The position numbers were made by a program, and so were the translations under genes. From the NCBI GenBank assembly GCA_964654015.1, contig CAZZHQ010000002.1, positions 21,702-85,701 of the forward strand: DNA of 64,000 nt. The letters are read 5' to 3'. This DNA is from an uncultured Dehalococcoidales bacterium (GTDB taxonomy: Bacteria > Chloroflexota > Dehalococcoidia > GIF9 > AB-539-J10). The notes below the pieces were generated by a model. The model searched no databases, was not told the origin of the DNA, and saw nothing but the letters and a program-made list of their open reading frames with translations. The stretch's first letter is position 1, and each line of letters opens with the position of its first letter. Positions 28,181-37,974 of the stretch are shown piece after piece.

Positions 28181-28470
28181 AGTTATAGTTGATGGTGACT
28201 AAAATACTATAGAAAATTAATGTAGATGGCTGAAATAACCGTTCGGGGGGGTTACAACAAAGTGTTCAATTGCTATACTCTGTAGAGCATAAAAAGAAGA
28301 GGAGAAGGGTCATAAACAAAGAAAAAGATCTGTTAGCGATAGTATTGTTGAGCATAGGGATGAGCATAGCAGTGGTTCCTCTTATCGGACTCACGCCAAA
28401 CCGTACCCCCTGAGGAATCAGGCTTAACCCTGTCCTCATAACAATCATAGCCTTTATTCTGCTGATATCC
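28181..28470 (+). pseudogene. Decayed duplicate of the upstream region and 5' coding end of the DUF1616 gene
   Basis: 28181-28345 aligns almost base for base with 36583-36745. 28344-28468 aligns more loosely with 36900-37020. About 150 nt of the intact gene has no counterpart here, and there is an in-frame TGA (ccc tga gga). Confidence 0.85.
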
Positions 28471-28534
28471 ATTTACCCTCCCATATTTATCTCCAGTATC
28501 AGCCACATTGAGAAGACTAATATAATCCGTCAGC

Positions 28535-29305
28535 TTATTCGCCGACAATAAACAATTCCGTGTCAAAATATGCTCTGGTTAAGTAGGCTGCAAATCGTGC
28601 TTTATCTCCCAAAGTCTCGGTTTGGACTACACGAGTTTTTTTAAGCATATCTGTTTTTATGAATCGTTCTTCAAGCAATCTCACAGTGTTATCAATCATT
28701 TCGTCAAAGAAAGCTTCGTTTATTTTTTTACGTCGGCTTTCGGATGTTGAGATATATGACTGCACGAAAGATTCTCCTTTTAATGCCCTTTTGAGTATTC
28801 TCGGTTCCTTTGAGCAAAAATAAGCAGGTAGGTTTCTATTAAAAGCCACATAATGCTGGTGTTCATCAGGCAAATGGCCAATATCACTCGGGCTAAAAAG
28901 AGTGGAACGGTAGAATACATGTTTATTGGTATAGTATTCGGTTAGCTCGTCATCTGTATAAAATTCTGGGGCGATATAGTAAACCTCATTGCCACTCAGC
29001 TCCAGATAAATCAGCAGCTCATGTTGCATTGAATATTTACTGCGAATCAAATACATCCTATAGAAAGGTGCATTGAATAACTCCCAGTGTTCAGAATAGA
29101 CACGTTTTAGAAAATGAGACCTTTTAAACTGGAGATACAAAGGAGCACCTACCAAAGGAAGCTCAACGTCGTATCCTCCTCCAACCTGCCCCTCTTTTTT
29201 CAATGAAGGGAATATAGGATGACCTCTCAAAGCACCTAAGACGCCATTTGCAAGTTCCTCGGTAACAGCATATCCATAAGAGAATTCCGAAAATCGTGGT
29301 TCCAC
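28535..29305 (-). CDS. Hypothetical 256-aa protein, last gene of the R-M operon, possible PD-(D/E)xK-like nuclease fold
   Basis: Begins 10 nt after the mod stop. The N-terminal half has GGYDVELPL...LYLQFKRS, a D...E.K-like pattern. No family recognised. Confidence 0.55.
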   Translation of the reverse strand: MEPRFSEFSYGYAVTEELANGVLGALRGHPIFPSLKKEGQVGGGYDVELPLVGAPLYLQFKRSHFLKRVYSEHWELFNAPFYRMYLIRSKYSMQHELLIYLELSGNEVYYIAPEFYTDDELTEYYTNKHVFYRSTLFSPSDIGHLPDEHQHYVAFNRNLPAYFCSKEPRILKRALKGESFVQSYISTSESRRKKINEAFFDEMIDNTVRLLEERFIKTDMLKKTRVVQTETLGDKARFAAYLTRAYFDTELFIVGE

Positions 29306-29315
29306 AGAATACCTC

Positions 29316-30845
29316 CTACTTTACCTCGTACACCTTCAGCACCTCATCCCCGTAATGGTTGATTACCTTGATGGCAATCTTACCGGTCTTCGGCAGGTCA
29401 AAGGGACGGCTGACTGTGGAGTAGAGGGATGCCCAGGCTGCCTCATCAATCTCAGCCCTCAGGGCTCTTTTGAGCTTAGCGTAAGGTTCCTCGGCGCCGG
29501 TGAAGTAGGCGTGGCGGACAAAGAAGCTTTCCTCGTTGTAGTCGGTGTCGATGAACCAGCAGGCAATATCATCAGTAGAATTACTGCGTACCTGCCCGGT
29601 GGTGGGGTCGTAAATATCCAATCCTTTGATTTCTACGGTGAATTTGCCGTTCTTGTGTTTATTGATAGCCACATCCGGTTCGCCGAAGACCATAAACAGG
29701 TTACCGGCACCGGTGCTCTTCAACAGTTCATCGCCCATAGATAAGTCCGGATTCATCCTGGTGATGAGAACATTCAGATTTCCGTAACGTTTGGCTTCTT
29801 CAGATACATGTGGGTCGAAGGCAAAACCACAAACGATAAGCAGGTCAAAGCCGACTCCCTTGACCGCTTCTTTGGCCGCGTCCTTAACCAGGTCAGGACC
29901 AACAGTTCCATATTGGGGTCCAATGCAGACTGCCACACGGCGTGTCTTGCCGTCTTTATCCGTGTATTCCCCGGTAGCTTGTAGATATTGGCTGGCATAA
30001 GATTCCAGGCGGTCAAATTTCAGTCTCTCGTTCTTGACCGTATTCTGGACGCCGGCTTTTTTAAGGTGCTCTAATATCATCGTCTCAAACTGGGAGGAGT
30101 CGGCATCTTGATGGGCTGATTTTTCCGTTGCCGGGCGTTCTTCATCAAGAGAAATAAAGCGGTGCGGCGATAGACTTTCCACGGTAAAGGGACCAGTTAC
30201 TCTGACCCGTTTCTTATCCTCATAAGGCTGGTCATAAAGGGTTTCACTTTCAGCATGGCGGGCAATAGCTTCGTCTATTTCTTTGTGGCTCACGCTTTCT
30301 TTAATATCCGGGTTATTGGCGATGGATTTGAGAGTGACATGCGGCACCCGCTTATAAACAAAGCCCTTTCTAACATCATTTTCAGTTTTATGGGCAGGCG
30401 GGTTTATGCCGGTAACATCTCTCTCTTTGTTGATGCCTTCCGGTGAGTCTGCCAATAGGTAGTAAGGGAGCTTGGCTGACATTAAGCGGGTGCGTGCCAG
30501 CGCCAGTGCCACCCGGCTGGTATCAACAGTTATCCAGCGCCTGCCCCACTGCTCGGCCACATAGGCGGTAGTGCCGCTGCCGCAGGTGGGGTCAAGCACC
30601 AGGTCACCGGGGTCGGTGGTCATCAGAATGCAGCGTTGTATTATTTCAGTATTTGTTTGAACGACATACACTTTATTTTCAGAAAATTTTACCCCTTCCC
30701 AAATATTATTCACTACTACAACAGGAAAATCCTCAAAATATACTTTTACTCTCGGAGTATTCCCCCTGATAATTATCCGACCAGCTTTAATTAGGTTTTC
30801 AATTCCATCTGGTATAGAAAAGGTCCAGTGTTTATGGGGGGGCAT
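29316..30845 (-). CDS. mod: Type III-like DNA methyltransferase (Mod), C-terminal part with SAM-binding motif I
   Basis: VLDPTCGSGTTAYVAEQWGRRWITVD (motif I). The ORF starts ATG-CCCCCCC and overlaps the N-terminal ORF by 55 nt in another frame. Confidence 0.8.
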   Translation of the reverse strand: MPPHKHWTFSIPDGIENLIKAGRIIIRGNTPRVKVYFEDFPVVVVNNIWEGVKFSENKVYVVQTNTEIIQRCILMTTDPGDLVLDPTCGSGTTAYVAEQWGRRWITVDTSRVALALARTRLMSAKLPYYLLADSPEGINKERDVTGINPPAHKTENDVRKGFVYKRVPHVTLKSIANNPDIKESVSHKEIDEAIARHAESETLYDQPYEDKKRVRVTGPFTVESLSPHRFISLDEERPATEKSAHQDADSSQFETMILEHLKKAGVQNTVKNERLKFDRLESYASQYLQATGEYTDKDGKTRRVAVCIGPQYGTVGPDLVKDAAKEAVKGVGFDLLIVCGFAFDPHVSEEAKRYGNLNVLITRMNPDLSMGDELLKSTGAGNLFMVFGEPDVAINKHKNGKFTVEIKGLDIYDPTTGQVRSNSTDDIACWFIDTDYNEESFFVRHAYFTGAEEPYAKLKRALRAEIDEAAWASLYSTVSRPFDLPKTGKIAIKVINHYGDEVLKVYEVK

Positions 30846-31855
30846 GAATATTCTTTTCCTTCAATTTTTATCTTAGAAACCGTATTACTCGTATTTCCTT
30901 GACTATGAAGTGCCCGTGTATAATAGACTCCCAAATCATCCCTGTCATTGAAATAACTCGGCGGGTTAGAAGGCAGAGTAAATATTCTTCTAAACTTTGC
31001 ATTATTATGCTTCACATACCATAAGATATAATCACATGAGTTATAAATGTATTCTTCACCACTAGCCTCTCGTGTCTTAACGGCAATAATTGAAACAAAA
31101 TTTTCACTGCCGAAGACCTCATCCATTAAGCATCTGACAAGATGCACATTCTCGTCGCCAATCTGGACAAAGACACTGCCGGTCTCGGTAAGCAGGTCGC
31201 GGGTAACTACCAGCCTATCTCTTAAATAGGCAAGGTAAGAGTGAATACCCAGTTTCCAGGTATCTCTGAAGGCTTTTATCTGCTCCGGCTGGCGTGTGGC
31301 GTCTTCGGCCTTCCCGTCTTTGACATCCCGCTTCCTTGTGCTTACCTGCCAGTTAGAACCAAAATTGATGCCGTAGGGCGGGTCGAGGTAAATCATCTGC
31401 ACCTTGCCCTTCAGCCCTTCTTTTTCGGCAAGGGAGGTCATCACCAGCAGGGAATCACCCAGTATCATGCGGTTAGACCAGTTCTGCTCATGCTGGTAGA
31501 ACTCCACCAGTTCCTCAAACTGGAGACCGTTAAAATCAGCGAAAAGCTCAAGCTGGGACGGTTTGTCCCCTTTAGCCTGAGCGCGTAGTTCCTCAATAAG
31601 ATACTTGGGGTGGATTTTCTCCTGAATGTAGATAGGCACGGCGGGCACTGCCAGGTCTTGTGAATCCTGCTCGTCCTTGCCTTTCCAGACCAGTTGCGGG
31701 TCAAGCGAGGGGTCACGCGGATAGAGAATAGTCTTGGGCTTGTTTTCATCCTCAATCACAAAGCCGCGCAGTTCTTCGGTGGGAATATTGGTGCGTCGGT
31801 CTTTATGTACCGTTGTCTCAATCGGTGTTACCGGTTTGTTTTTGCTGATTGCCAT
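30791..31855 (-). CDS. mod: Type III-like DNA methyltransferase (Mod), N-terminal part with catalytic motif IV
   Basis: IYLDPPYGINF (DPPY motif IV). The order motif IV then motif I is that of beta-class amino-methyltransferases. Confidence 0.8.
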   Translation of the reverse strand: MAISKNKPVTPIETTVHKDRRTNIPTEELRGFVIEDENKPKTILYPRDPSLDPQLVWKGKDEQDSQDLAVPAVPIYIQEKIHPKYLIEELRAQAKGDKPSQLELFADFNGLQFEELVEFYQHEQNWSNRMILGDSLLVMTSLAEKEGLKGKVQMIYLDPPYGINFGSNWQVSTRKRDVKDGKAEDATRQPEQIKAFRDTWKLGIHSYLAYLRDRLVVTRDLLTETGSVFVQIGDENVHLVRCLMDEVFGSENFVSIIAVKTREASGEEYIYNSCDYILWYVKHNNAKFRRIFTLPSNPPSYFNDRDDLGVYYTRALHSQGNTSNTVSKIKIEGKEYSCPPINTGPFLYQMELKT

Positions 31856-31872
31856 GTTATTTCCTCCAGGGT

Positions 31873-32619
31873 TTATATTGCAGACACGGCGTGACGTGTC
31901 TCTACGCAGGTATCTCGCGGCAACTCATCCCACGTCCTGCCCTCCAATAGACGGCCGGTCTTTTTCCTGTTGGTTCCGCCCCACTGCTTGAAAAAGAAGG
32001 GAACGGAGGCATTCTGGCATTGGTCCCGAATCTCAATTACCCATGGCTGTTTTATCGGCCTCGCTCCAGGTCCCGATTCACCTCCGACGATTACCCAATC
32101 GATTCTAGAAAGGTCAAGGTCTGGTAGCGGTCCCAGCAGTGGCTCCAGAGACAAAAACTTGACTGACGCCCCTGTTGAACGAAGATTTTGAATGCGAAAC
32201 GCGCAGTCGGCGTTTTCAACGCTCACACCCATCCATACGTTTTCCGGCCACTCCAACTCTGAACTTAATTCTGAGACGCGTTTAGATCGCTTGGTAAGTA
32301 TTTGGAAATCATGCCATGATGCTCGCCTCATTACGTCAAACACCTCAAGTATGAATGACAAGGGGACGTCCTCGTGGAACAGGTCGCTCATGGAGTTGAC
32401 TAAAATAGTTTGCGGCTTCTTCCACCCTAATGGCAGGTCGAGCACCTGAGGGTGCAAAGTCAGCTTAAATCCGTCTACATAGTTGGGTTGTCCCATGGCC
32501 TGCAGACGGTATGCCATGCGCTCTGCGTAACAGTGGCTACAGCCTGGACTCACTTTAGTACAACCGGTAACCGGATTCCAGGTGGATTTGGTCCATTCTA
32601 TGGAAGAATTAAGAGCCAT
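31873..32619 (-). CDS. DUF5131 (phage Gp37/Gp68) family three-Cys-motif protein
   Basis: N-terminal [27 protein letters not shown] is the family hallmark. The C-terminus has FFFKQWGG. Confidence 0.85.
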   Translation of the reverse strand: MALNSSIEWTKSTWNPVTGCTKVSPGCSHCYAERMAYRLQAMGQPNYVDGFKLTLHPQVLDLPLGWKKPQTILVNSMSDLFHEDVPLSFILEVFDVMRRASWHDFQILTKRSKRVSELSSELEWPENVWMGVSVENADCAFRIQNLRSTGASVKFLSLEPLLGPLPDLDLSRIDWVIVGGESGPGARPIKQPWVIEIRDQCQNASVPFFFKQWGGTNRKKTGRLLEGRTWDELPRDTCVETRHAVSAI

Positions 32620-33455
32620 TAGGAAGTCCCCCTGATACGATAGGTATTGAATATATCTTCGACAATGCGGGCCCCGGTCCTATTGGGAGAAGCAAAGAAA
32701 AGGTAATATATAGTTGCTCCTCTTTTATTTCGCATCGGCACGGGCTTTGGAACATACTTGAATCCAGCGACCTCTTCTAGTCGCTTGCGAAATCCTTCCG
32801 CAATGGCTTCGTTGTGGGTTTTTTCGTCAACTGTATCGCCCCAAAGAGTCGGCTTTCCCACATATGCCGCTATGCGCCACGAGTGGTCACCCCAGGCTTT
32901 GTCCATGCGCTCAGCTTGTGCAGGTGCTACCTTATCAGGATTGCGCCACAGGATGTTCATGTTGGCGTCCATGATCATGAAGTTATAGAAAATCTCGATA
33001 GAGCCCATCTGGCCGGCGGTTTGTAGGACGTTCCAATCGACGTTCAGCGCGTAAGGATCAAGAAGGCACAACGCCCTGTTGAAGTCTTCGTACTTGCACC
33101 GGGGAAAGACCGTGTCGAGGAGAACCTTATTGGCATCACCCTCATAAAAGAAAACATCCTGGCGTGAGCCAATCTGACGGCGAAGTTCATCAACTTTGCC
33201 GCCATGAAGGTCGATCAAATGGATTTCGCTGAAAGGAGAAGTAACTTCCAGCGCGTTCAACGGGCTTCCGGGTACGAACTCACTCGTACGCCTAGAGACA
33301 TGCCGTCCCGCCCCTGCAAACGCATCAATGTAGATATGCTTCCTGATGGCAGACTGGGTGCTCATAATCGTCGAGTAGGCGCTTGCATATTTTCGCACAA
33401 TGTCGAGTTTGACTTCCGACCAATAGCCTATCTCATCATAGGCAAATGGCTTCAC
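32619..33455 (-). CDS. tcmP: Three-Cys-motif partner protein TcmP
   Basis: [16 protein letters not shown] and [12 protein letters not shown] are typical of TcmP, and it lies directly upstream of DUF5131 with a 1-nt overlap. Confidence 0.75.
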   Translation of the reverse strand: MKPFAYDEIGYWSEVKLDIVRKYASAYSTIMSTQSAIRKHIYIDAFAGAGRHVSRRTSEFVPGSPLNALEVTSPFSEIHLIDLHGGKVDELRRQIGSRQDVFFYEGDANKVLLDTVFPRCKYEDFNRALCLLDPYALNVDWNVLQTAGQMGSIEIFYNFMIMDANMNILWRNPDKVAPAQAERMDKAWGDHSWRIAAYVGKPTLWGDTVDEKTHNEAIAEGFRKRLEEVAGFKYVPKPVPMRNKRGATIYYLFFASPNRTGARIVEDIFNTYRIRGTS

Positions 33456-36442
33456 TGCTCACTCTCCTTTTGTCGAACAAACGCCCTGACAGTATTTTTG
33501 GCGTCCCAGGGGTCACTGATTTCAATAAAAGCCCACTGCCCAAATTCGCCGTGGTTGTTTACCGCTGGTACCCACAGGTTGCGGGCGGCGGCCACTTTGG
33601 ATGCCTTCTCTCTTTTCTTCTCGCCAGTGACTTCCACAATCAGGTTTATCTGGTCGCCATTCTGTTTTCTTAGCCGGACAATGAAATCCGGGTAGTATTT
33701 TTTCTCATCACCATCAATGACATAAGGAATGGTAAATTCCAAACCCTGATTTTTGACATAGCAGATTACCTCGTCCATCTCTTCCAGGGCCTGCGCCATT
33801 TTCTGTTCCCATGATTGGGTATCAGCCACCACGTGGGAAATGTGACACTTGTTCGGGTCTGCGGGATAGACAGCCCGCGTCGTATCAAAGTCAACATACC
33901 TGGTGGAGCCGATAACATCATAGGGCCTTAAAATCGGTTTCAATCTAACCTGCCCTTGCCTAGCACCGGCTATTGAGGTATAAATACGCTCGGCGGCAAA
34001 ATGAGCGTTTTCTGTAATGAGTAGCATCTGGATAAAAGCATTGTCTTTAATGGTAACGCACTGGGACATCCACTGGCGGGCAATATTAACCAGTTGCGGG
34101 AATAACCAGGGTTTGACATTGCCGTCCGCATCGTTGAAATACTTATCCAGTACTGTCCGGGCAAGGTGAAATACCACTTCCTGTGCGCGCTTCTGACCCA
34201 GGATATATCTCAACTCGTGAATGGTGGTTTCCCCAACGATAGGAGCATTCAAGGTTCTGTCGGGTGTGGTTTCGGTGGATAGCACCATCTTAGCATCCTC
34301 GGTGAAGACGGCTTCTAACTTTTCCGGCGGCAAGTCATATTTATAGCCAATGACACGCGGGAAAGTAATTTCACAGGCAATTCTATCATCCAGCGCCCTG
34401 ACACGGGTGATGGGGCGTGGCGGTTTAATCTCATTGTTCTGGCCAGCGCAAGGAATAAATGAGAACGGGACGCCATAAACCTCAGCATATTCCGCTTCAA
34501 ACTTGTCGCCATTTGTAGGCTCATAGCTCCGGCGGCGCAAAGCGCGTCCCACCACCTGCTCACAGAGTAATTGAGTGCTAAAAGCACGGACTCCCATAAT
34601 GTGGGTCACAGTTTGAGCATCCCACCCCTCTGTCAGCATTGATACGGACACCACGCACCTGACGGTTTCACCTAATTTCCCGGCTTTACCCACGGTATTC
34701 ATTACTTCCCGCAAAAGGTCTTCATCCGTTAGCTTCTCGGTACCACGTCCTGGAAATCTCTTTTTGTAATCACTCTTGAATTCCTCAATGGCAACCTCAG
34801 CCATTTTCTTGAATTCTTTACTCATGGCTTCGCCGGATTCGAGCTGCGCACTGTCAATGAGAATGGTGTTGGGAATGGGTAGCCATTGGCCATAAGAGTT
34901 ATCGTTACGGAAGATACCTAAATTGCCGGGCACTACAGTGGTGTTACCATCTGGCAAGGGTTTCTCATACCCTGAAATCCAGTCATAGACCAGCTTAGAG
35001 ACATTGGTGTTATTACAAACAACAATAAACACTGGTGGTGTAGCGCCGCTAGCTATTGCTTCAGTGTTTTGCTCCCATTGGCGGTAGTACTTTTCATAGT
35101 TACCGTACAAGCTAAGCAGGGCGCCTTCAAGCTCTTTGGGTGGTTTGGGGTCACCGGTGCTTTCGTCCCTGGTGCCTCTGCCCTTTTTTGGCAAGTGGTC
35201 ACGAATGCGTAACCAGATGTCGCGATAGGTGGGCATTTCTCCCTGCATAGAATCGTCAGCGACCGGGACACGCGGCACCTTCACGATGCCGCACTCTATG
35301 GCATCGATAAGTGAGAAATCAGAGACTACCCAGGGGAATAGCGTTCCTTCAGAATATCCTGAACCGCGCAAAAAGAATGGAGTGGCTGACAGGTCATAGA
35401 TTACCTTTATGCCAATTTTCTTCTTGACAGCTTCCAGCCCGGAAATCCAGACACGGGCTTCTTCCTCACGCTTCTCCGACTCGCGGCGGTCATCGCCGGT
35501 TAGCTTCATTTCTTCCGTTTCTACCTTATGGCGGTAACAGTGATGCGCTTCATCGTTAATTACGATGATATTTTTCTTACTGCCTAATTCGCGGCATACT
35601 CTCCTTACCATCTGGTCTGGGGTTTCGATAAGTGAACTTGATTGACCGTTAGACAGGATATACTTAGTAAGTTTACCGGCTTTAACCAGCTCTCGCAGCT
35701 TAAAAGTGTGAAAGTTGGTGATGATAATCTTGGCTTTGCCTAAATCCGCCATCTGCGATAAAGAGACGATGTCTCTCTGCTGATAGTAGTTTTGCGGGTC
35801 ATTTGGGTATAAGACTCTTAAACGGTCACGAATAGTAATGCCTGGTGTAACAATAAGGAAAGCATCGGTAAATCTGCCGTCTTGAGGATTGGCCATTTTA
35901 TTTAAGACCTGCCAGGCAATAAGCATCGCCATAACCACGGTCTTACCGCTGCCAGTTGCCATTTTGAAAGCAACACGGTACAGGCCTGGATTATTATCTT
36001 CGTTGAATCCCCGGATGCTGTTCTCCATCCAGTTGTCGCCGTACTTGTTGGCAACTTCAGCCAGATAAATAGCGGTCTCCATTGCCTCTATCTGGCAAAA
36101 GAAAAGTTTGCGTTCCCTGTCAGGGTCAGTCCAGTATTCCAGCAATTGACGGGTTGCGTTGGTAATGCCAGCATAATCCCCTTTGCGCCATATGGATACC
36201 TTTTCCCTGATACGATTGATAAACTTGTTTTCTTCCACTCTGTCCTGAGTCCACTCCGTATCAAGTACAAGCTGTTTCCCTCCGGCTTTTTTCCTGGGTT
36301 TGGCAATTGGCACGAAGTAGGAACTTATGCGCCTGGATTCGACTACTTCGTCCGTGATACCATCATCAGAAAACTTGAAATGTTTAGTGGGTTCTTTGAA
36401 TGGGGAATTTAAGATGGGGTTCTCTATGACTACTTGCGGCAT
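33452..36442 (-). CDS. res: Type III restriction enzyme Res subunit (SF2 helicase-nuclease)
   Basis: N-terminal VIENPILNSPFKEPTKHFKF, helicase motif I MATGSGKT, motif II VINDEAHH and motif VI-like QVVGRALRR. 996 aa. Confidence 0.85.
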   Translation of the reverse strand: MPQVVIENPILNSPFKEPTKHFKFSDDGITDEVVESRRISSYFVPIAKPRKKAGGKQLVLDTEWTQDRVEENKFINRIREKVSIWRKGDYAGITNATRQLLEYWTDPDRERKLFFCQIEAMETAIYLAEVANKYGDNWMENSIRGFNEDNNPGLYRVAFKMATGSGKTVVMAMLIAWQVLNKMANPQDGRFTDAFLIVTPGITIRDRLRVLYPNDPQNYYQQRDIVSLSQMADLGKAKIIITNFHTFKLRELVKAGKLTKYILSNGQSSSLIETPDQMVRRVCRELGSKKNIIVINDEAHHCYRHKVETEEMKLTGDDRRESEKREEEARVWISGLEAVKKKIGIKVIYDLSATPFFLRGSGYSEGTLFPWVVSDFSLIDAIECGIVKVPRVPVADDSMQGEMPTYRDIWLRIRDHLPKKGRGTRDESTGDPKPPKELEGALLSLYGNYEKYYRQWEQNTEAIASGATPPVFIVVCNNTNVSKLVYDWISGYEKPLPDGNTTVVPGNLGIFRNDNSYGQWLPIPNTILIDSAQLESGEAMSKEFKKMAEVAIEEFKSDYKKRFPGRGTEKLTDEDLLREVMNTVGKAGKLGETVRCVVSVSMLTEGWDAQTVTHIMGVRAFSTQLLCEQVVGRALRRRSYEPTNGDKFEAEYAEVYGVPFSFIPCAGQNNEIKPPRPITRVRALDDRIACEITFPRVIGYKYDLPPEKLEAVFTEDAKMVLSTETTPDRTLNAPIVGETTIHELRYILGQKRAQEVVFHLARTVLDKYFNDADGNVKPWLFPQLVNIARQWMSQCVTIKDNAFIQMLLITENAHFAAERIYTSIAGARQGQVRLKPILRPYDVIGSTRYVDFDTTRAVYPADPNKCHISHVVADTQSWEQKMAQALEEMDEVICYVKNQGLEFTIPYVIDGDEKKYYPDFIVRLRKQNGDQINLIVEVTGEKKREKASKVAAARNLWVPAVNNHGEFGQWAFIEISDPWDAKNTVRAFVRQKESEQ

Positions 36443-36582
36443 ATTTTCACCTGAGAGATGATGTTAACAACAGTAGTCAAGCACATCAATTTTAAACTCA
36501 TATCATCTGCGCTCTTAATTCCAAAACCAAGTCCTCTTGGGCACCCCGATTATATACCCCTTTGTAGATTGCCAACAAGACC

Positions 36583-37020
36583 AGGTTACAGTTGATGGTG
36601 ACTAAAATACTATAGAAAATTAATGTAGATGGCCGTAATAACCGTTCGGGGGGTTACAACAAAGTGTCCAATTGCTATACTCTGTAGAGCATAAAGAGAA
36701 GAGGAGAAGGGACATAAACAAAGAAAAAGATCTGTTAGTCATAGCGCTAATTAGCCTGTTGACAATTCCTGTAGTGCTACTTAGCAGTGGAGCGTTACGC
36801 ATTGTACTGGGTTTACCCATGCTGCTGTTCTTCCCTGGTTATGTTCTGCTGGCGGCGATGTTTACCAGGAAAGAAAGCCTCGGGGGTGTAGAGAGAGTAG
36901 CATTGAGTTTCGGTCTGAGTATAGCGGTGGTCCCTCTTATCGGGCTTTTCTTGAATTATACGCCCTGGGGAATAAGGCTGAATCCCGTACTTATATCGAT
37001 TGTAAGCTTTATCTTGATAA
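36583..37020 (+). repeat. Intact copy of the segment duplicated at 28181-28470 (DUF1616 promoter region and 5' coding end)
   Basis: Direct repeat partner of 28181-28470. See the alignment noted there. Confidence 0.85.
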
Positions 37021-37940
37021 TGTGTGGTATAGCATGGCATCGGAGAGAGAAGCTGGAAGAAGGTGAGAGGTATCAAGTATTGTTTCAATTTAAACGTCTT
37101 TCGTGGCAGGGTCAGAGCGGGCTTGATAAGATTTTGTCGGTAGTGCTGGTACTGGCGATAATTGGAGCTATTGGCACACTGGGATACGTGATAGTTACTC
37201 CGAAGGCAGGGGAGAAGTTCAGTGAGTTTTATGTATTGGGGACGGAAGGAAAGGCAGCGGGATATTCTACAGAGTTGGAGCTTGGAGAAAGGGGAGAAGT
37301 TATCCTGGGGATTATAAATCATGAGCAGGAGGAAACGGATTACCGGTTGGAGGTGCTCCTGGATGGGGACATTGGTGGTGTGGATATCTGGATAGGGGAT
37401 GAGGTAGTGAGTCGTGAGGGAAAACCTGAAGGACTGGATAGAGAAACCACTGAAATAATTCTTTGGGAAGAAAAGAGACTGGAAGAAGGAGAGAGGCTTG
37501 GCGCTAATATGCTTGACATAACAGCCCTGGGATATGAAGAGAAATGGGAGGGCAACCTTTTTTACGAGCCATTACAAACGGGTTATGGGCAGAAATTGGA
37601 GTTCCTGCTATTTTATCCCAAGTTGAGGCAGGGGCATCATTTCAGAAGTACTCTAGAGAGCGGATGCTTTGCCGATATAGCTCTGGATGAGGCTGAAGGA
37701 ACGGTGGAAGTCAGCCTGAATAACCAAAATGGGGATTCTCATAGCTACCGACTGGAAATACTACAGCAGGGAAACATCATTAAAGAGGAAATTTATACCG
37801 TGAATGCCGGAGAAATGCTGGAGGAAGAAATCCAGTTTACGCCTGGTGAATCAGTATTGATGCTGTATGAGGATGGCGAATTAGTACTGGAAGACAAAGG
37901 GGCTGAACTCTCGCTACACCTGTGGTTGGATATTAATTGA
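36672..37940 (+). CDS. DUF1616 domain membrane protein
   Basis: RIVLGLPMLLFFPGYVLLAAMF...VERVALSFGLSIAVVPLIGLFLNYTPWGIRL matches the DUF1616 N-terminal pattern. Apparent TTG start. Confidence 0.7.
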   Translation: MLYSVEHKEKRRRDINKEKDLLVIALISLLTIPVVLLSSGALRIVLGLPMLLFFPGYVLLAAMFTRKESLGGVERVALSFGLSIAVVPLIGLFLNYTPWGIRLNPVLISIVSFILIMCGIAWHRREKLEEGERYQVLFQFKRLSWQGQSGLDKILSVVLVLAIIGAIGTLGYVIVTPKAGEKFSEFYVLGTEGKAAGYSTELELGERGEVILGIINHEQEETDYRLEVLLDGDIGGVDIWIGDEVVSREGKPEGLDRETTEIILWEEKRLEEGERLGANMLDITALGYEEKWEGNLFYEPLQTGYGQKLEFLLFYPKLRQGHHFRSTLESGCFADIALDEAEGTVEVSLNNQNGDSHSYRLEILQQGNIIKEEIYTVNAGEMLEEEIQFTPGESVLMLYEDGELVLEDKGAELSLHLWLDIN

Positions 37941-37974
37941 GGATTGACAGCATGGTTATTAACGGGGAGGATAT

